Shown here one piece after another: positions 18,445 through 29,978 of a stretch of 64,000 nucleotides of DNA. The position numbers were made by a program, and so were the translations under genes. How positions within the stretch are numbered: position 1 is the first letter of the stretch; each line of letters begins with the position of its first letter. Where the stretch lies: the NCBI GenBank assembly GCA_023205875.1, contig CP060762.1, positions 558,001-622,000 of the forward strand, written 5' to 3'. The notes below the pieces were generated by a model, which was given only the letters and a program-made list of their open reading frames with translations, did not search any database and was not told the origin of the DNA. This DNA is from Chloropicon primus. Its lineage: Eukaryota.

Positions 18445-21400
18445 TCATGCATCATCCTCGCTGCTCTCGCTGCTCTGCTGCAAGTCGAGCTTCCTCACCA
18501 CGTCACCCCCCTTTGCGGAGCCGGGGGCATCAAACACTCTGAGCTTGCTCTCGACGGAGGAGATCACTTCTTCAAAGTTTCGTGGCGTGGCCGGCGTTGG
18601 AGGGGTCTTCACCCCACCTCCGTCGCTGCTGTCCGTGCTTCCTGCAGAATAGTATGGAGGAGGAGAGTCGCCAAAGGAATCTGAGCTGCTGTGGTCTTCG
18701 GCGGCGGTCGAGTCCTCTGAGGAATCAAAGCACTTGGTTGAGGTGGCAGGCCTCGCAGGCGCAGATTCCGTGAACGAAGTCTTTTGGGTCTCTCCCTCCT
18801 CGCCCCACGCGGAACGGATCGGAGTGGGCGGCCTCTCCGGCTTGTCCTTTGCCGTGGGATCGTCCGTGAAATCAAGGTTTTCCATCTCGATCAACTCCTC
18901 GGCCTCCGTTTCCTGGGGCGCTTGCGTGAGAGAAGCCAGCAAAGCATGGGCCAGGAACATTTCATTGAACTCGTCGGAGTATTCCACAGTCTCCCTGGCC
19001 GTCGCCTTCGAGGACTTGTACATCTTTGAGATCTCTCCCTGCACCACCCGAGCGATGTCTTCGGACGAAACGCCCCCGGTTTCCTGCGCAAGCTCCCGCT
19101 CAAGATCCTCCGACAAGAACCTTCCCAAGATTTCCTCGACGACGTTGTCCAGGGTGATCTCCTGCTTGAACTGCGTCTGGATCTCTTTCATCGTGTAACG
19201 GCTGGGCACAGCAGGAGGGGGCTCTTCGCTCTCGCCCTCGATTTTCAGGGAGACCATCTCAAAGGCATTCTGCGTCGTGTCTGCTCGCTGCGGAGCGATG
19301 TCTTCGATGTCCACGTCGCAGACTTCCTCGAATTCGGGTTCCTCACCCCCCTGCCCTTCCTTCTCGAGTTGGAGACCCAAAGCCTCCTCCTCGGCCTGGT
19401 CCGCTGCGTCCCTCGCTGGCTTTGGCGGCGTGTCCGTTTGCACCGACTGCTCAACCTGCTGCAGTTCGGATGGGTCCGTTTGAACCTGAGAATCCACGCC
19501 CGGCTCCGATTTCACGACCTTGGCGACACTCGGCTGCTGAGAAGCCTGGCCTTGGTTGTTCCTCTCCATGCTTTCTTCCAGCTTCTTGAGGCGACTCTCG
19601 AGATCTGTCGTCCTGGCAATCTCTGACGGTGCATCAGCCACCTTGGGCAATTTCTTGCTCTGGTACTTGCTCTTGTCGTACCCCGCAGCGGAGCTCGTGG
19701 ACAGGCCCGACACGTCGCTCGACACGCTTCCCTCTTGGGCAATCTTTGGCTTTGGGGAGGGCTTCGATCTCGACGACGACTGCTGTGGCCTGGCCCTGGC
19801 CCTGGTCTCTTCTCTGCCTCTTTGCGCCTCGAGAGGCTCCCGGAGTCCTTGACTCTGGGCTTTCTCCTCGTTGCGCTGGAGAAGGGCGCCCTTCTTGGGA
19901 ACGAAGGGGCTTTCCCGGACCGCTCCAGATTCCTTCTTGTTGTCTTTCAGTTGCATCAGAAGGGAAGAGGCAGATGCTTTGACCTTGGTGCCCTCATCCA
20001 CAATGTCTTTCATTCGCGCCGAATCCACTGCCCCGTCCACCGGTCCTTCCTCGCTGGCAAGCGTTGCTGAGACGTTACCATGAGGACGCCCTTCGCTTCT
20101 TTGGCTGATTGGCCTCTGTGGCTGGACTGGCAGCTTGGTCTCTTGCCTTGCAACGGGTTTGGTGACGACTGGCGCCACGAAGTTTTTGGCGGCAAGCCTC
20201 TGAAGGCGCTTGGGGATGTCATAAAAGTCTGAGACCAGGGTCTCGTCCATGCTCGGTTGGTGCCCAGCCGTTAGCGAACCCCCTCCCGAGAAAAGGTCAT
20301 CAATGGTGCTCGTAATGAAATCCTGCGGTGCCTCGGCGTCCTCGTGAAGGCCAGTGCCCTCTTGAAAGAATTGGTCGTAACTCGTCTCAAAGTCAGTCAT
20401 AGACTTTGAGGGCTTTCTGATTCGGGCTTTGATTCGCTCCAGCTTCTGAGATGCCACTGCACACTCCAGGTGCTGCCCTTTGTAATCGTATTCGCCGCCC
20501 AACAATCTTTCGACGACTTGTGCAGCAGGAGCAAGGCTGGAATCGGAGACGATCCTGTCTGCCATTGCCACAGTGTCGTACGAATCGATCCCAAGCTTTT
20601 TGTAGAGCTCCGCGTCTGCCCTCTCCTGCTGCAAGGCGAAGGAACTCCTTCTTTCTTCGACCTCTTCATCCCTCGCCGCTGCAGCGTTTTGCCCACCCCC
20701 GGTCTTCAAGACGTCCGAGAAAAAGTTTGGCCGCCCTTGGGGGGGCTCGCCTCGCCCTTTCCTTGCTTCCCTTCTGGATGATCTCTTGGCCGGACCTCCG
20801 GATTGAGAATCCTCGTCCAAATCCCCCGCACTGGACTCTTGCCCAGAACTCGAGGAGACCTCCTGCTCCGACCCCGCCCTCTCGGCCTCTCCTGCCTTCA
20901 GCCTGCCGTCCTTGACGATGGGCGAGGAGCCCACAGAGACATAAGCTGGCTGCTGGGTCGATTCGGCGGTCCTTTCTGGTGGCCCGGGGGGCGAGTCGGT
21001 CGTTTTGAAAGGCACCGCGACCTTTGTCTGAAGGTTTGCCCCAAGATTTTGCAGCAATTCCAGCTCAACCAAAAACTCTTGAGCCTTCTTCCTGATTTCC
21101 GTTGCTGTCGACGGCACCTCCTCCCCCGTTTCCGAAGTTCCTGCCACCGCGTCGTCGGTCGACTGCTTTGCTGCCTCCCCGTTGGCCTGGCCCTGCAGCG
21201 CCAAGAAGGTGTCCTCCCTTCTCACGTGAACTTTTGGCGTGCTCGGGCCCGGGGCTTCCCTCTGAACGAGAGGCCTCTGCGACCCACGAGTCCCCATGGC
21301 GCCCTCGTCCTCCCGTGCCCCCTTCCTCGTGTGATCGATCACGATGGGTTGGAAGGACTCGAACGCTTGTCCACCCGGTGATGCAGTCGCCTCGGGGTGA

Positions 21401-21891
21401 ATTCCCGAGGCGGACTGAGCGCTTGGCGACGTGCTGGCAACGCTCGCGTCTTCTGCCCTCGCCAAGCTCGCGTCGTTCTCGTCCTCGTCTTTCCATATGG
21501 GCTCCCCCTTGGCCAACCTGTCCGGGTCGCGAATCACATCGAAGACCCTCTTGAAGTATTTCTCCGCCACGTGGAGGTGCTTCTCGCTAGAGTCCAGGAC
21601 GTTCGAGACGTCCTTCCAAATGGCATCGGAGCTCTTCATGGCCACGGGCTTGGCCTTCTTCTTCTTCGGCGCCAACCTCCTGCTCTGGCTCTTCTGGACG
21701 GCTTCCGTCAAGATGCCTTCAAGCTCCAGGGACTTGCCCGGTCTCTCCACAACAGCGTCCACCTTCGACGGGACATTCCTCGCCACGAAGTTCTGACCCC
21801 GAAAGGCTTGGGCCGCCTCCTTCCTGTACTCCTCCAGCTCCCTCCTGTACCTCTCCCTCTCCGCCTTGAGGGCTTTCATGGCCCCTGCCAT
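18445..21891 (-). CDS. Large low-complexity/coiled-coil protein of unknown function (1148 aa)
   Basis: Long uninterrupted ORF; 5'UTR introns predicted at 22256-22072 and 22064-21906. Confidence 0.75.
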   Translation of the reverse strand: MAGAMKALKAERERYRRELEEYRKEAAQAFRGQNFVARNVPSKVDAVVERPGKSLELEGILTEAVQKSQSRRLAPKKKKAKPVAMKSSDAIWKDVSNVLDSSEKHLHVAEKYFKRVFDVIRDPDRLAKGEPIWKDEDENDASLARAEDASVASTSPSAQSASGIHPEATASPGGQAFESFQPIVIDHTRKGAREDEGAMGTRGSQRPLVQREAPGPSTPKVHVRREDTFLALQGQANGEAAKQSTDDAVAGTSETGEEVPSTATEIRKKAQEFLVELELLQNLGANLQTKVAVPFKTTDSPPGPPERTAESTQQPAYVSVGSSPIVKDGRLKAGEAERAGSEQEVSSSSGQESSAGDLDEDSQSGGPAKRSSRREARKGRGEPPQGRPNFFSDVLKTGGGQNAAAARDEEVEERRSSFALQQERADAELYKKLGIDSYDTVAMADRIVSDSSLAPAAQVVERLLGGEYDYKGQHLECAVASQKLERIKARIRKPSKSMTDFETSYDQFFQEGTGLHEDAEAPQDFITSTIDDLFSGGGSLTAGHQPSMDETLVSDFYDIPKRLQRLAAKNFVAPVVTKPVARQETKLPVQPQRPISQRSEGRPHGNVSATLASEEGPVDGAVDSARMKDIVDEGTKVKASASSLLMQLKDNKKESGAVRESPFVPKKGALLQRNEEKAQSQGLREPLEAQRGREETRARARPQQSSSRSKPSPKPKIAQEGSVSSDVSGLSTSSAAGYDKSKYQSKKLPKVADAPSEIARTTDLESRLKKLEESMERNNQGQASQQPSVAKVVKSEPGVDSQVQTDPSELQQVEQSVQTDTPPKPARDAADQAEEEALGLQLEKEGQGGEEPEFEEVCDVDIEDIAPQRADTTQNAFEMVSLKIEGESEEPPPAVPSRYTMKEIQTQFKQEITLDNVVEEILGRFLSEDLERELAQETGGVSSEDIARVVQGEISKMYKSSKATARETVEYSDEFNEMFLAHALLASLTQAPQETEAEELIEMENLDFTDDPTAKDKPERPPTPIRSAWGEEGETQKTSFTESAPARPATSTKCFDSSEDSTAAEDHSSSDSFGDSPPPYYSAGSTDSSDGGGVKTPPTPATPRNFEEVISSVESKLRVFDAPGSAKGGDVVRKLDLQQSSESSEDDA

Positions 21892-21951
21892 CCTCTACCT
21901 CTCCTCTGCAAACCAAAGAACCAAAACCAGAACGTCAATTCCTTGTCACTG

Positions 21952-22191
21952 CGTCATTCCCTTCGAGGTCGGGGTCTTCCGAAAGCTCTCGAGACAGTGC
22001 TTCTACCTTTTGCTCTCTCTTTCCCTTCCCGTCCCGTCCCCGGTCACGAGATCCAGTAACTCACCCCTTGCCTAAGCCAAGAAAAAACAAAAACAAAACA
22101 AAAGATGAACTTCATTCAGCGTTCAAATCCTCCACAGCACGTCATTCCCTTCGAGGTCGGGGTCTTTCGAAAGCTCTCGAGACGGTGCTTC
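21952..22191. repeat. 52-bp element duplicated in two adjacent predicted introns (21952-22003 and 22140-22191)
   Basis: cgtcattcccttcgaggtcggggtcttYcgaaagctctcgagacRgtgcttc; the copies differ at 2 positions. Confidence 0.9.
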
Positions 22192-22533
22192 CACATCTTT
22201 CTCTCCCTTTCCCTTCCCCTCTCGTCCTCGTCCTCAACCTCGGCCTGATCACTCACCCCCTTCGCTTCCTCCAGCAGCAGCTAAAACTATATTATTCAAA
22301 CTTGAAAGGAAGATCGTAGAGCGATCTCGCGCGAAAAAACCAAGGGAGCGCGAGCGGGAGAGAGAGAGAGAGAGAGAGGCCTCTGGGAGGCGAAGGAGGA
22401 AGGTTCGGGGATGGACGAGGGTTGAGATCGATCGTACGTCTCACGACCTTTCGATCGATACCTTGGTTGACGGGTTGGAGTCCACGCGTCAGTCGACGAC
22501 GACGGATTGTTCACATCGCATCGCGAGATCGGC

Positions 22534-25500
22534 ATGGGCGATATCGGCATGGCACCGAGGTGGACGCGGGAGGAAGAGGACGGAGGCGTTCTCGGCCTCG
22601 TGCGACGCTTGTCTAAGAAGTTTTCGCCGCTCGTGGAAGGCGGAGGGGACAGCGGCGTGAGTGCCAAGTGGCTGGCACGGGCGAGGAAGGTGTCCATGGA
22701 GATCGTCCTCGCGAGGGGTCAGAGGCTTCTTTCCAAGGAGGACGGGGGGACGACGCGCGAGAGGGACGAAGAGGAGGTCCAAGCGAAGCTCTTGGCGATC
22801 AAGCTGAGTCTGGCGAGGCTTGAGAGGGAGGAGAGAAGCGGGACTTTGTTGGCGGACCGGCCGAGGGGAGGGTCAGTCACGTCGCCGTCGGGGTCGCGGG
22901 CGGGAGGACTCGACGCTCTCCTCGCAAAGTCAGTCGTTCCGCTGCCCGTGCTGAAGCTTTTGGTCCTGCTATCGCCACACTCTCGCGGTGGCGGGGGGTT
23001 CCGCATGGACGACGACGGCGCAGGTCTGTTGGAGTACGATCGGGACCTCGGGTCGATCTTGAACGGGTTCATGCCCGCGAAAGCGAAGGGGCTGCTACCC
23101 CTTCCTCGGATGATAGACGAAACGGGGGGGGAGGGCGACAAGGAGGACGTCGGCGCTCTGGGAGGACCCTTGGAGCCCCTGGGAGGTTTTAGCGGCAAAC
23201 GGGGAGGAGCGTCCTCGTTTTTCCTGGAAAGCCAGAACAGGGTGCACTCGGAGCTGGACGCAACGACCAGCGAGGAGGGGGACTCGCCTGCCTTCGCGTC
23301 GTCGTCGACGGCCTTGTCGATCATCGAAGCGGGGGAGCAGGGCAACATCGGAGGGGCAAGTTATTTCCAGGCCACGGCGAGCAGACTGCCCGTGCAAGGG
23401 CGAGGGCGACGCACGCAATCTGGGGAGCTGCCTGTGGTGAAGGCCGGGGGCAAAGGCTCGTCAGACCAAACGGTGACGGGTCGGAGCCCGGGGAATGGCG
23501 ATGAGGTGCTGCGAGGAATCGCAAAGATGATGGAGGAAGGCTGGTTGGCATCAGAGATCGAACTCAGCCAGCGGCAGACTTTTCGGACACGGCACAAAGT
23601 CCGAGGGGAGCCAAAGACCGACATCGAGTTGGTGAGGTATCTCCTGAACATCCTCCAAGGGTCCTTAGATTTCGTGCCCAAGCTGATCCAGTCGCGCCTG
23701 TGTTGGGCAGATTACGTCAGCACTCAGAACATGTGCATGGAATTTGTGAAGACGGGAGTGGCCCACCACAACCTCAAGTGCCTGGTTCACAACCTCCAAT
23801 ATGGTGCGGAGAATGCGAGGGTGGATCCCATAACTCAAGCCTTCGCGAGGACGATGGAAAATGTGCTCCTCCTCATCGACGTTGAGGCGGAGAGACTCTT
23901 TGCACAAGGAAGCGACTTGGTCGACAAAGCGACTTGTGATAAAGATGCCACAGTTGGGACCTCGAGGGCCTGCTACTCCTTTGCATCCCTGTCCGTGAGC
24001 GAGTTTTATGAGCTGACAATCCTGGTTAGAAGCCAGGTCACCTCCCTGGCCAATCTATGCGGATGCTTGACGGCCTTTGAGGACATCAAGAAGGACCCCG
24101 GCATTCTTCATAACAAGTGGAATAGGGTGACATTTCCCCGGGGCGAGGAGCTCTTGGATTACTTGTACAACCAATGCAGTTGCGCCAGTGGGCCCGAGGA
24201 ACAAGTGGTTCAGCGCTTGTTCCTAAATGCTCTCGAGCCCTTTGTCCAGAAGATCCATGAGTGCAGCTTTACGCATTTGCAATTGCCCAAGGAGGACTTC
24301 GTGGACAAGTACGCAGAGCTGTACCTTGGCGATGATGGAGACGAAACCGCTGACCATGCTCTGGGAATCAGCGTGCCCTCCTTCCTGAAAGACATTGCGG
24401 GCAAGATCAGACTGTCTTTCTTCCAGTACAACATACTGAAAGAGTTCGACCACTGTATTCCGTTGCTTTCCTTCATGGAGCACCTGTCAAAGGAGCTCAA
24501 GGTGCACGGCAAGTCCAGAGTGACCACGGCACTGACATTGGATGCTCGCGAGCTGGAACGAATTAGGGATCATTACACCACGATCTCTTCCGTAGCGAAC
24601 AGCGCCATCGATGGCTTGCTCTCCTTCCTTTCCGGGAAGAGGGCGTTCCAAAAAATCGCTTCGCAGACCGCTTCAAAGGCAAAGGTGATGTCCGTGGAGA
24701 AATCTTTAGCTAAAGCAGAGGAGGACAGCTTGATCCAGTCGAGAAGGAAGCGGGAAAGGCAGCAAGAGCTCGCGAGTGAAATGAAGTCTGCTGCTGCTGT
24801 TTACGAAGCAGCAAAGACTGCTGCCCGGAGTGCAGAGAAGGAGGCAGACAGGTTGAGGTTAGTGGAGGAAAGCCGGAGGAGGTCTGACATGATACAAGAG
24901 GCTTCTGTCATTTTGAGAGACCAAGCCGCCTTGAGAATGAAGAGGGTGCAGAAGGAGATTGATAGGCTCGAGTGGCGTCGGAGGAGAATAGAACTTCAAC
25001 CCAAGAGATTGACCTTTGACGGTGCTTCTCCTGCAAAGAAAGAAAGGGCCGGGGAAGATCCTTCTTGGCCTGCGGCGGAAGATGATCCGGAACTTGATAG
25101 GGCGTTGTCCCCTGAGCCTGATCACCAAGAGGGAGCTGAGGTTTCTGGCGAAATTGCGGAGCCCCGTCATTCCGAACCAGAGGTGAACGAGGACGTGGAC
25201 GAAAGCGAACGCGGCGCAGCAAAGGAGCTTACGCTGAAGGAAGGAGGAAACGCCGGTGATGTTTCCGAGCCAGATCAGACCAGCGAAGTTCGCAACTTCA
25301 GTGGAAATGAAATGGTTGGTGACAAGGGTGTGAACGGGAATGGCAGTTTAGCCCTTCAACCGTCGTCGAAATCGAATCGAAGAGGCGAAGAAGACGCCGT
25401 GCAGCTTGCTCCAGAATCAAGGGGAGACGTTGAAGCTGAGGCGGTGTCCCATCCTGCTGGCTTTGAGGAGGAGCACAGCGTCGGTCATTTTGAAGATGAT

Positions 25501-26481
25501 CAAAGCAGTGGAATATTTCTGGATGCGCCTTTGGAAGAGGCAATGCATGTCTGCGTTGTCCAGCGAGTGGACCTCCATTACTCTTGCATCAGCAGGCTGT
25601 GCGTGCAGTACTTCCTGGAAGAGCTTAATCTGCTAGAGTTTTTCGGAGCTCTGCGGAAGGTCTACTTGCTTGAGGCTGGCAACTTCGGGCACAGCTTCTT
25701 GAGCCACATCATCGAGAAGGAGGTGAGAGAAGAGGGTCTCAAGTCCCTCTTCGACCTGTCTGTCCGAATATCATCCTCTTACAGGAATCCCGAAGATGTG
25801 GAGACTTTCTATGACAGCGGCCTGGACGTGAAGATGGACGATCTCCTCTCCGGATTCCTGCGAAGCGTGAACCACAACAGTGCTTTGCAGTGGTTGGATT
25901 TGGAAAGGAGTGGCAAGAAGGCCAACGGGCCGAGCTTGTTTGGAGTGGGTTCTGCAATATCCTGGCCGTTCTCCTTGGTCGTGAGCAGAGAGATGCTTGC
26001 CAAGTACCAGCTCATCTTCGGCCACCTGTTCCAATTCAAGTATTTGGAGAGGAGTCTTGTGCACGCTTGGCAGGACCAGCAGGTCTTGCGGAGGCAGAGG
26101 CTGGACGGCTCAGAGGGTGCTCTGAGGGAATCGCTGCTCTGCAATGTTATGCTGAACTTCGTGAAGAACTACCTTTCGCAGATAGGGCTGAAGCTCCAGG
26201 GGCTGAGCGCGGACTTCCAGCGGAAGATGGAAGGCCCAGGCAATATTTGCGAGATCAACCAGCAGCACCAGAACTTCCTTGACAAGTGTCTGGATGCCTG
26301 CTTCTTGAGGCACCAAGCTGATGCTGGAGCCCGCAACCTGATCCAGACTGCTCTCCAATCCATAACGGAGCTGCTGAAGACGGATATGAAGACGCAGCAG
26401 TTCGAGGTGCAGCTGAGCCGGGCGGAGAGGCGCTTTCAGAATGCCTACCACTCTTTGAAGAAGATCATCGAGTTCTTGTAG
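22534..26481 (+). CDS. Gamma-tubulin complex component, GCP6-like (Spc97/Spc98 family)
   Basis: GRIP motifs LRKVYLLEAGNF and WPFSLVVS...KYQLIFGHLFQFK, H..FL...CFL, plus a large central coiled-coil/acidic insert typical of GCP6. Confidence 0.8.
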   Translation: MGDIGMAPRWTREEEDGGVLGLVRRLSKKFSPLVEGGGDSGVSAKWLARARKVSMEIVLARGQRLLSKEDGGTTRERDEEEVQAKLLAIKLSLARLEREERSGTLLADRPRGGSVTSPSGSRAGGLDALLAKSVVPLPVLKLLVLLSPHSRGGGGFRMDDDGAGLLEYDRDLGSILNGFMPAKAKGLLPLPRMIDETGGEGDKEDVGALGGPLEPLGGFSGKRGGASSFFLESQNRVHSELDATTSEEGDSPAFASSSTALSIIEAGEQGNIGGASYFQATASRLPVQGRGRRTQSGELPVVKAGGKGSSDQTVTGRSPGNGDEVLRGIAKMMEEGWLASEIELSQRQTFRTRHKVRGEPKTDIELVRYLLNILQGSLDFVPKLIQSRLCWADYVSTQNMCMEFVKTGVAHHNLKCLVHNLQYGAENARVDPITQAFARTMENVLLLIDVEAERLFAQGSDLVDKATCDKDATVGTSRACYSFASLSVSEFYELTILVRSQVTSLANLCGCLTAFEDIKKDPGILHNKWNRVTFPRGEELLDYLYNQCSCASGPEEQVVQRLFLNALEPFVQKIHECSFTHLQLPKEDFVDKYAELYLGDDGDETADHALGISVPSFLKDIAGKIRLSFFQYNILKEFDHCIPLLSFMEHLSKELKVHGKSRVTTALTLDARELERIRDHYTTISSVANSAIDGLLSFLSGKRAFQKIASQTASKAKVMSVEKSLAKAEEDSLIQSRRKRERQQELASEMKSAAAVYEAAKTAARSAEKEADRLRLVEESRRRSDMIQEASVILRDQAALRMKRVQKEIDRLEWRRRRIELQPKRLTFDGASPAKKERAGEDPSWPAAEDDPELDRALSPEPDHQEGAEVSGEIAEPRHSEPEVNEDVDESERGAAKELTLKEGGNAGDVSEPDQTSEVRNFSGNEMVGDKGVNGNGSLALQPSSKSNRRGEEDAVQLAPESRGDVEAEAVSHPAGFEEEHSVGHFEDDQSSGIFLDAPLEEAMHVCVVQRVDLHYSCISRLCVQYFLEELNLLEFFGALRKVYLLEAGNFGHSFLSHIIEKEVREEGLKSLFDLSVRISSSYRNPEDVETFYDSGLDVKMDDLLSGFLRSVNHNSALQWLDLERSGKKANGPSLFGVGSAISWPFSLVVSREMLAKYQLIFGHLFQFKYLERSLVHAWQDQQVLRRQRLDGSEGALRESLLCNVMLNFVKNYLSQIGLKLQGLSADFQRKMEGPGNICEINQQHQNFLDKCLDACFLRHQADAGARNLIQTALQSITELLKTDMKTQQFEVQLSRAERRFQNAYHSLKKIIEFL

Positions 26482-26577
26482 GGCACCATGCAAGCAAAGT
26501 GTAATCTAACGTTATTGTTAGTCTAATGATAATCTAATGGCGTACAAAAATGAAAAAATATATATGCTGATGACATG

Positions 26578-28353
26578 CTATGCCTTGCGCAGGTACTCTG
26601 TTCCCTTCTTTTTCAGGAAAATGTAATACTCGCCCTCGTTGTCGTCAGGCACCTGGAAGTGAATGCTCTCTTCTTTCAGATAGGACTCGAGCGCAGGTTT
26701 GAGCTTCGAAACACCGCCCTGCGACCCTCGACCCCTTCCTGTTATGACGTGAAACACAGTTCCACCGGGGAGATCCTTCAGGGTCGGAATCAGCCCACTC
26801 ACGGCTTGGATAGCTTCTTCCACACGAAGGCCGTGGAGGTCGAGACGGTAGTACGAAGAATTTCCCGAATTTATTTGCTGGCACATCTTCTCCGCAGCTT
26901 TGGCTGACCACTCTTTACTCTCCCTCTTGTACCTGCGTCCTTGATCGGCTAAGGCCCTGGCCTCTTTCTTGTGGCCGTTTTGGAATGCCTCGAACGCCAG
27001 CTGGAACGCCCGCCGCATTGCTGCGTCACATTGGCTTGCCTTGTTCCTAACAAAAAAAAAGGAAACCGAATGTCAGAAACGCCTAAACGCGCATGAGAGC
27101 AAAAGAGAATACGACTCACCTGTAAGCCCCGCAGTCTCTTTCGTTCGCTTCCAGGGACCGCTTTCTATCCTTCCGAGGCAAGAAGCTCTGGCGGACCACT
27201 TGGGGTGGCACAACCTTTGGGATCTTGTGTTTCAAACCCAATTCTGCCAAGCGCTCGATGGTCTCATCGAGATTGTTTCCCATGCTGCGGTGCGCGTCTT
27301 CAAGGAATTCCTCTTTCTGACCCTCAAAAATGTCCTTCAACGTGCGAAGATCTGATCTGAGCTTTCCCTTGTTCACTACCGTCTGCCACGAAGAATCGGG
27401 ATCTCCTGCGTCTTTCGGTGCATCTACGCTGTCCCCGCCCCAAAACCCAGCTGTGCTGTCCTCCTCCCCAAACTCCAGACTCAGAAGAGTCACGGCCTCC
27501 TGCACAGAGCCTTGAGCAGCCTCGAGAACATTGGTCAGCACGCTGAGTTCCAGATCAGGAAACTCCGTTTTCAGTAGCGAGATTGCATGAGCGTCGTTGT
27601 GTTTGTGCGGACTCTCCGGGCTTCCAGGTGGGGGCTCAAGGAGGGTTCCCACGCCCACCGTCTTCAGCATTCTCGTCAGAATTTCGGTAGACTTTGAGAT
27701 GTCATCCTCACAGAATGCCAAGACATCGGCGACCACCGCAGGGTCCACCTCCCCGTCAAAAACGGATTGCAAGAAAGTGATCTTTGACGACGACGACGAC
27801 GACGACCACAGAAGTCCAGTTGGCTCCTGCAGTTCAGTTGGCTCCTGTGTCTCTCTGGATGGAGCAGACTTTGGCGGCGCTGAGAAGCTCCGTTTCCTGC
27901 GACAAGACGAAGGAGGGAAGTGTGGTCAGCCCAGACTTGCCTGGTTCCAAGGAAGAGTACTTCGACTTACCCGGATCGGAAGTGGTGCCCGATGTTGTAT
28001 TCGTTTATCTCGGCCCACCACCTTCTGTGGGCACCCCGCTTCTGTTCTCTGGGTGCTGTGGTCTTCACCGGGGGCCCTGGATCCCCTTCTCCCAAAGCCT
28101 TGGCGAAGGACTGCCCCTCCCCGCACAAAGGTCTGCTGGAGGAGGCAGGGAAGAGCCCTGCCTCCTCTATCTCAACCGACTTTTGCGCCATAACTGCCTG
28201 GCATCTCACGACAGCCTCGCCTGGATCGAAGTCGGCTAAAACCAAGCTTTCCTCCACATCCTCGCGCGAGATACCTGGAAAACATTGGAGGAGAAACAAT
28301 ATGCTTTCTTCCACGCCGCTACTGCCCATCGCACTTCCTTCCAAGTCGACCAT
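26578..28353 (-). CDS. CUE-repeat + DUF1771 + Smr endonuclease (Cue2/NONU-1-like); 3 exons
   Basis: Several CUE-like FP motifs, LDLHGLRVEEA and HVITGRGRGS. In-frame introns at ~27970-27897 and ~27119-27047. Confidence 0.85.
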
Positions 28354-29158
28354 GCCGCAATCTACTCACATTGCACCATCGCCACCGCCTCTCCTCTCAC
28401 GCCGCTGCTGCTGTCTCCTCCCTCTCTCTCTCTCCTTTTCTACGACGCTCGAGACGCCAAACGAGTCGTATGAGGTCTCACCTGAAAGCCCATGAGACGT
28501 AGATTCCTTCCTCATCCCGTGCACCCCTACCCTGCTCTCTCCTCTCTCTCTCGCCCCAAACTCACCTCGTTCCCTTTCTCCTGAAGACCAAAGGACAACC
28601 CAAGCCTTTTCTTTCGTCCAGTCCTCAGATGGCGTCCAAACTTCCGAAGCGAGGGGTCGCTGGAAAGACCAAGAGACACAGTTTCGCAGACGTCACGGTC
28701 TCTCCTCTCTTGCGACTCGCCTCGTTCTCAAACTCGTGCTGACCTCTTGCCCCTTCCTCCTCCTCCCTCCTCTCTGTTTTTATCTCTCCTGGTGGATTTC
28801 TCCCTTCCATAACGGCCGAGCACGAGGGCGAACGAGGGCGAAACGAGAGAGAGAGTGAGAAAGAAGGAGGAATGGAGCGCGCGGCGGGTTAAGAGGAACA
28901 CGGAGGACGTAACAGATGGAAGGCTCTTCTCTTGCTCTTTTAAAAGAGTTGTCGGTCGAAAGAAACGACCCGGTGGTGAGGAAGAATGGCCACCAAGGGA
29001 GAAATGCGACGAAGCTTAACTTTCGACCTTTCTTTCAGCCAATGCCTTGCTTGTTTCCTTGCCATTTAGTCGCTCTCAGGCCTGAAGAGCTCTTAGCTCT
29101 TAGTATTACACCAAAACAGTTATAATTACACAAAGACGGAGAGAAGGCATGGGGCAAT

Positions 29159-29978
29159 TCAATGCCACGAACTCGGCTTGGACTTCCTCAAACTGCTGGA
29201 CAGCAGCTTGATCTTCACTTTGGTATCGTAAGGCTGCAGGGCCCTGGGGGTTCCAACTTGCTTCCTTGGAGTGCCCATCACGGACGGGGCCCTGGAGCTT
29301 GCCCTGGTGCTGGCCACAGAGGAGGCACGGGAGCTCGGCACGGGGAGAGGAACGTCACCAATGAGTAAATTCTCGCACAAGAACTTGTCTTGAATCAGGC
29401 TGTTCATTCCTTTGCTCAGCACGAACACGTTATCGATGCCCTTCTCGAAAAAGATGTTCCCGGCTGCCACAGATTGCCTCTCCTTGATGTCGTAGAGAAC
29501 AATAATCTTCTGCGGCTCCCTATTGCAGAACTCCAAGATCTCCGGAATGAAAGGGTTCATCGCCCGGGAGAGCATTGACTTAGGAAAGTTCACCGCTCCC
29601 CTCACGTGGCAGCTGTCGTACTCCTCGCTCGTTCTCAAGTCAAGGAGGAGGACTTCCGGTGAGTCCTGCCGAGGGTAGTTGCCTTGTCAGTTCACAGTAA
29701 AGTAAGATTTGGAAAAAGCATCAAAGCGCACGAGCCCTTACCTCGTCGTCCTCAGCCTGGAGCAAGCTCACCAGCGTTTCTGCCCTGATCCTGCGAAAGT
29801 GCTCGTTCTTCCTGTACCTCACGTTCAAGTTAAGCTCTTCCCAACTCATGGCAGCTTTAGTGATGGTCTTTCCCGTGTTCGTCAAGGCCTTCACGTTCGC
29901 ATACTTCTTGCTCTCCGGCGGACGCTTCCGAGAAAGGTCGTCCCCTATCGACACCTTCTTCATGCGGTTGTTGTACAT
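29159..29978 (-). CDS. CEP41: CEP41-like rhodanese-domain centrosomal/ciliary protein; 2 exons
   Basis: N-terminal KRPP...Y..VKA..NTG; LLLDLR...YDSCHVRGA.NFP..MLSRAMNPF; IIVLYD; EKGIDNVFVLSKG. Confidence 0.8.

Noticed and set aside
18445..21891. Assigning the 1148-aa protein to a centriolar family
   Set aside because: No motif could be recognised with confidence.
28573..28584. cctttctcctga matches the last 12 positions of the TALE-code-predicted target
   Set aside because: The first 8 positions mostly mismatch and CT-rich tracts are abundant here, so chance is likely.
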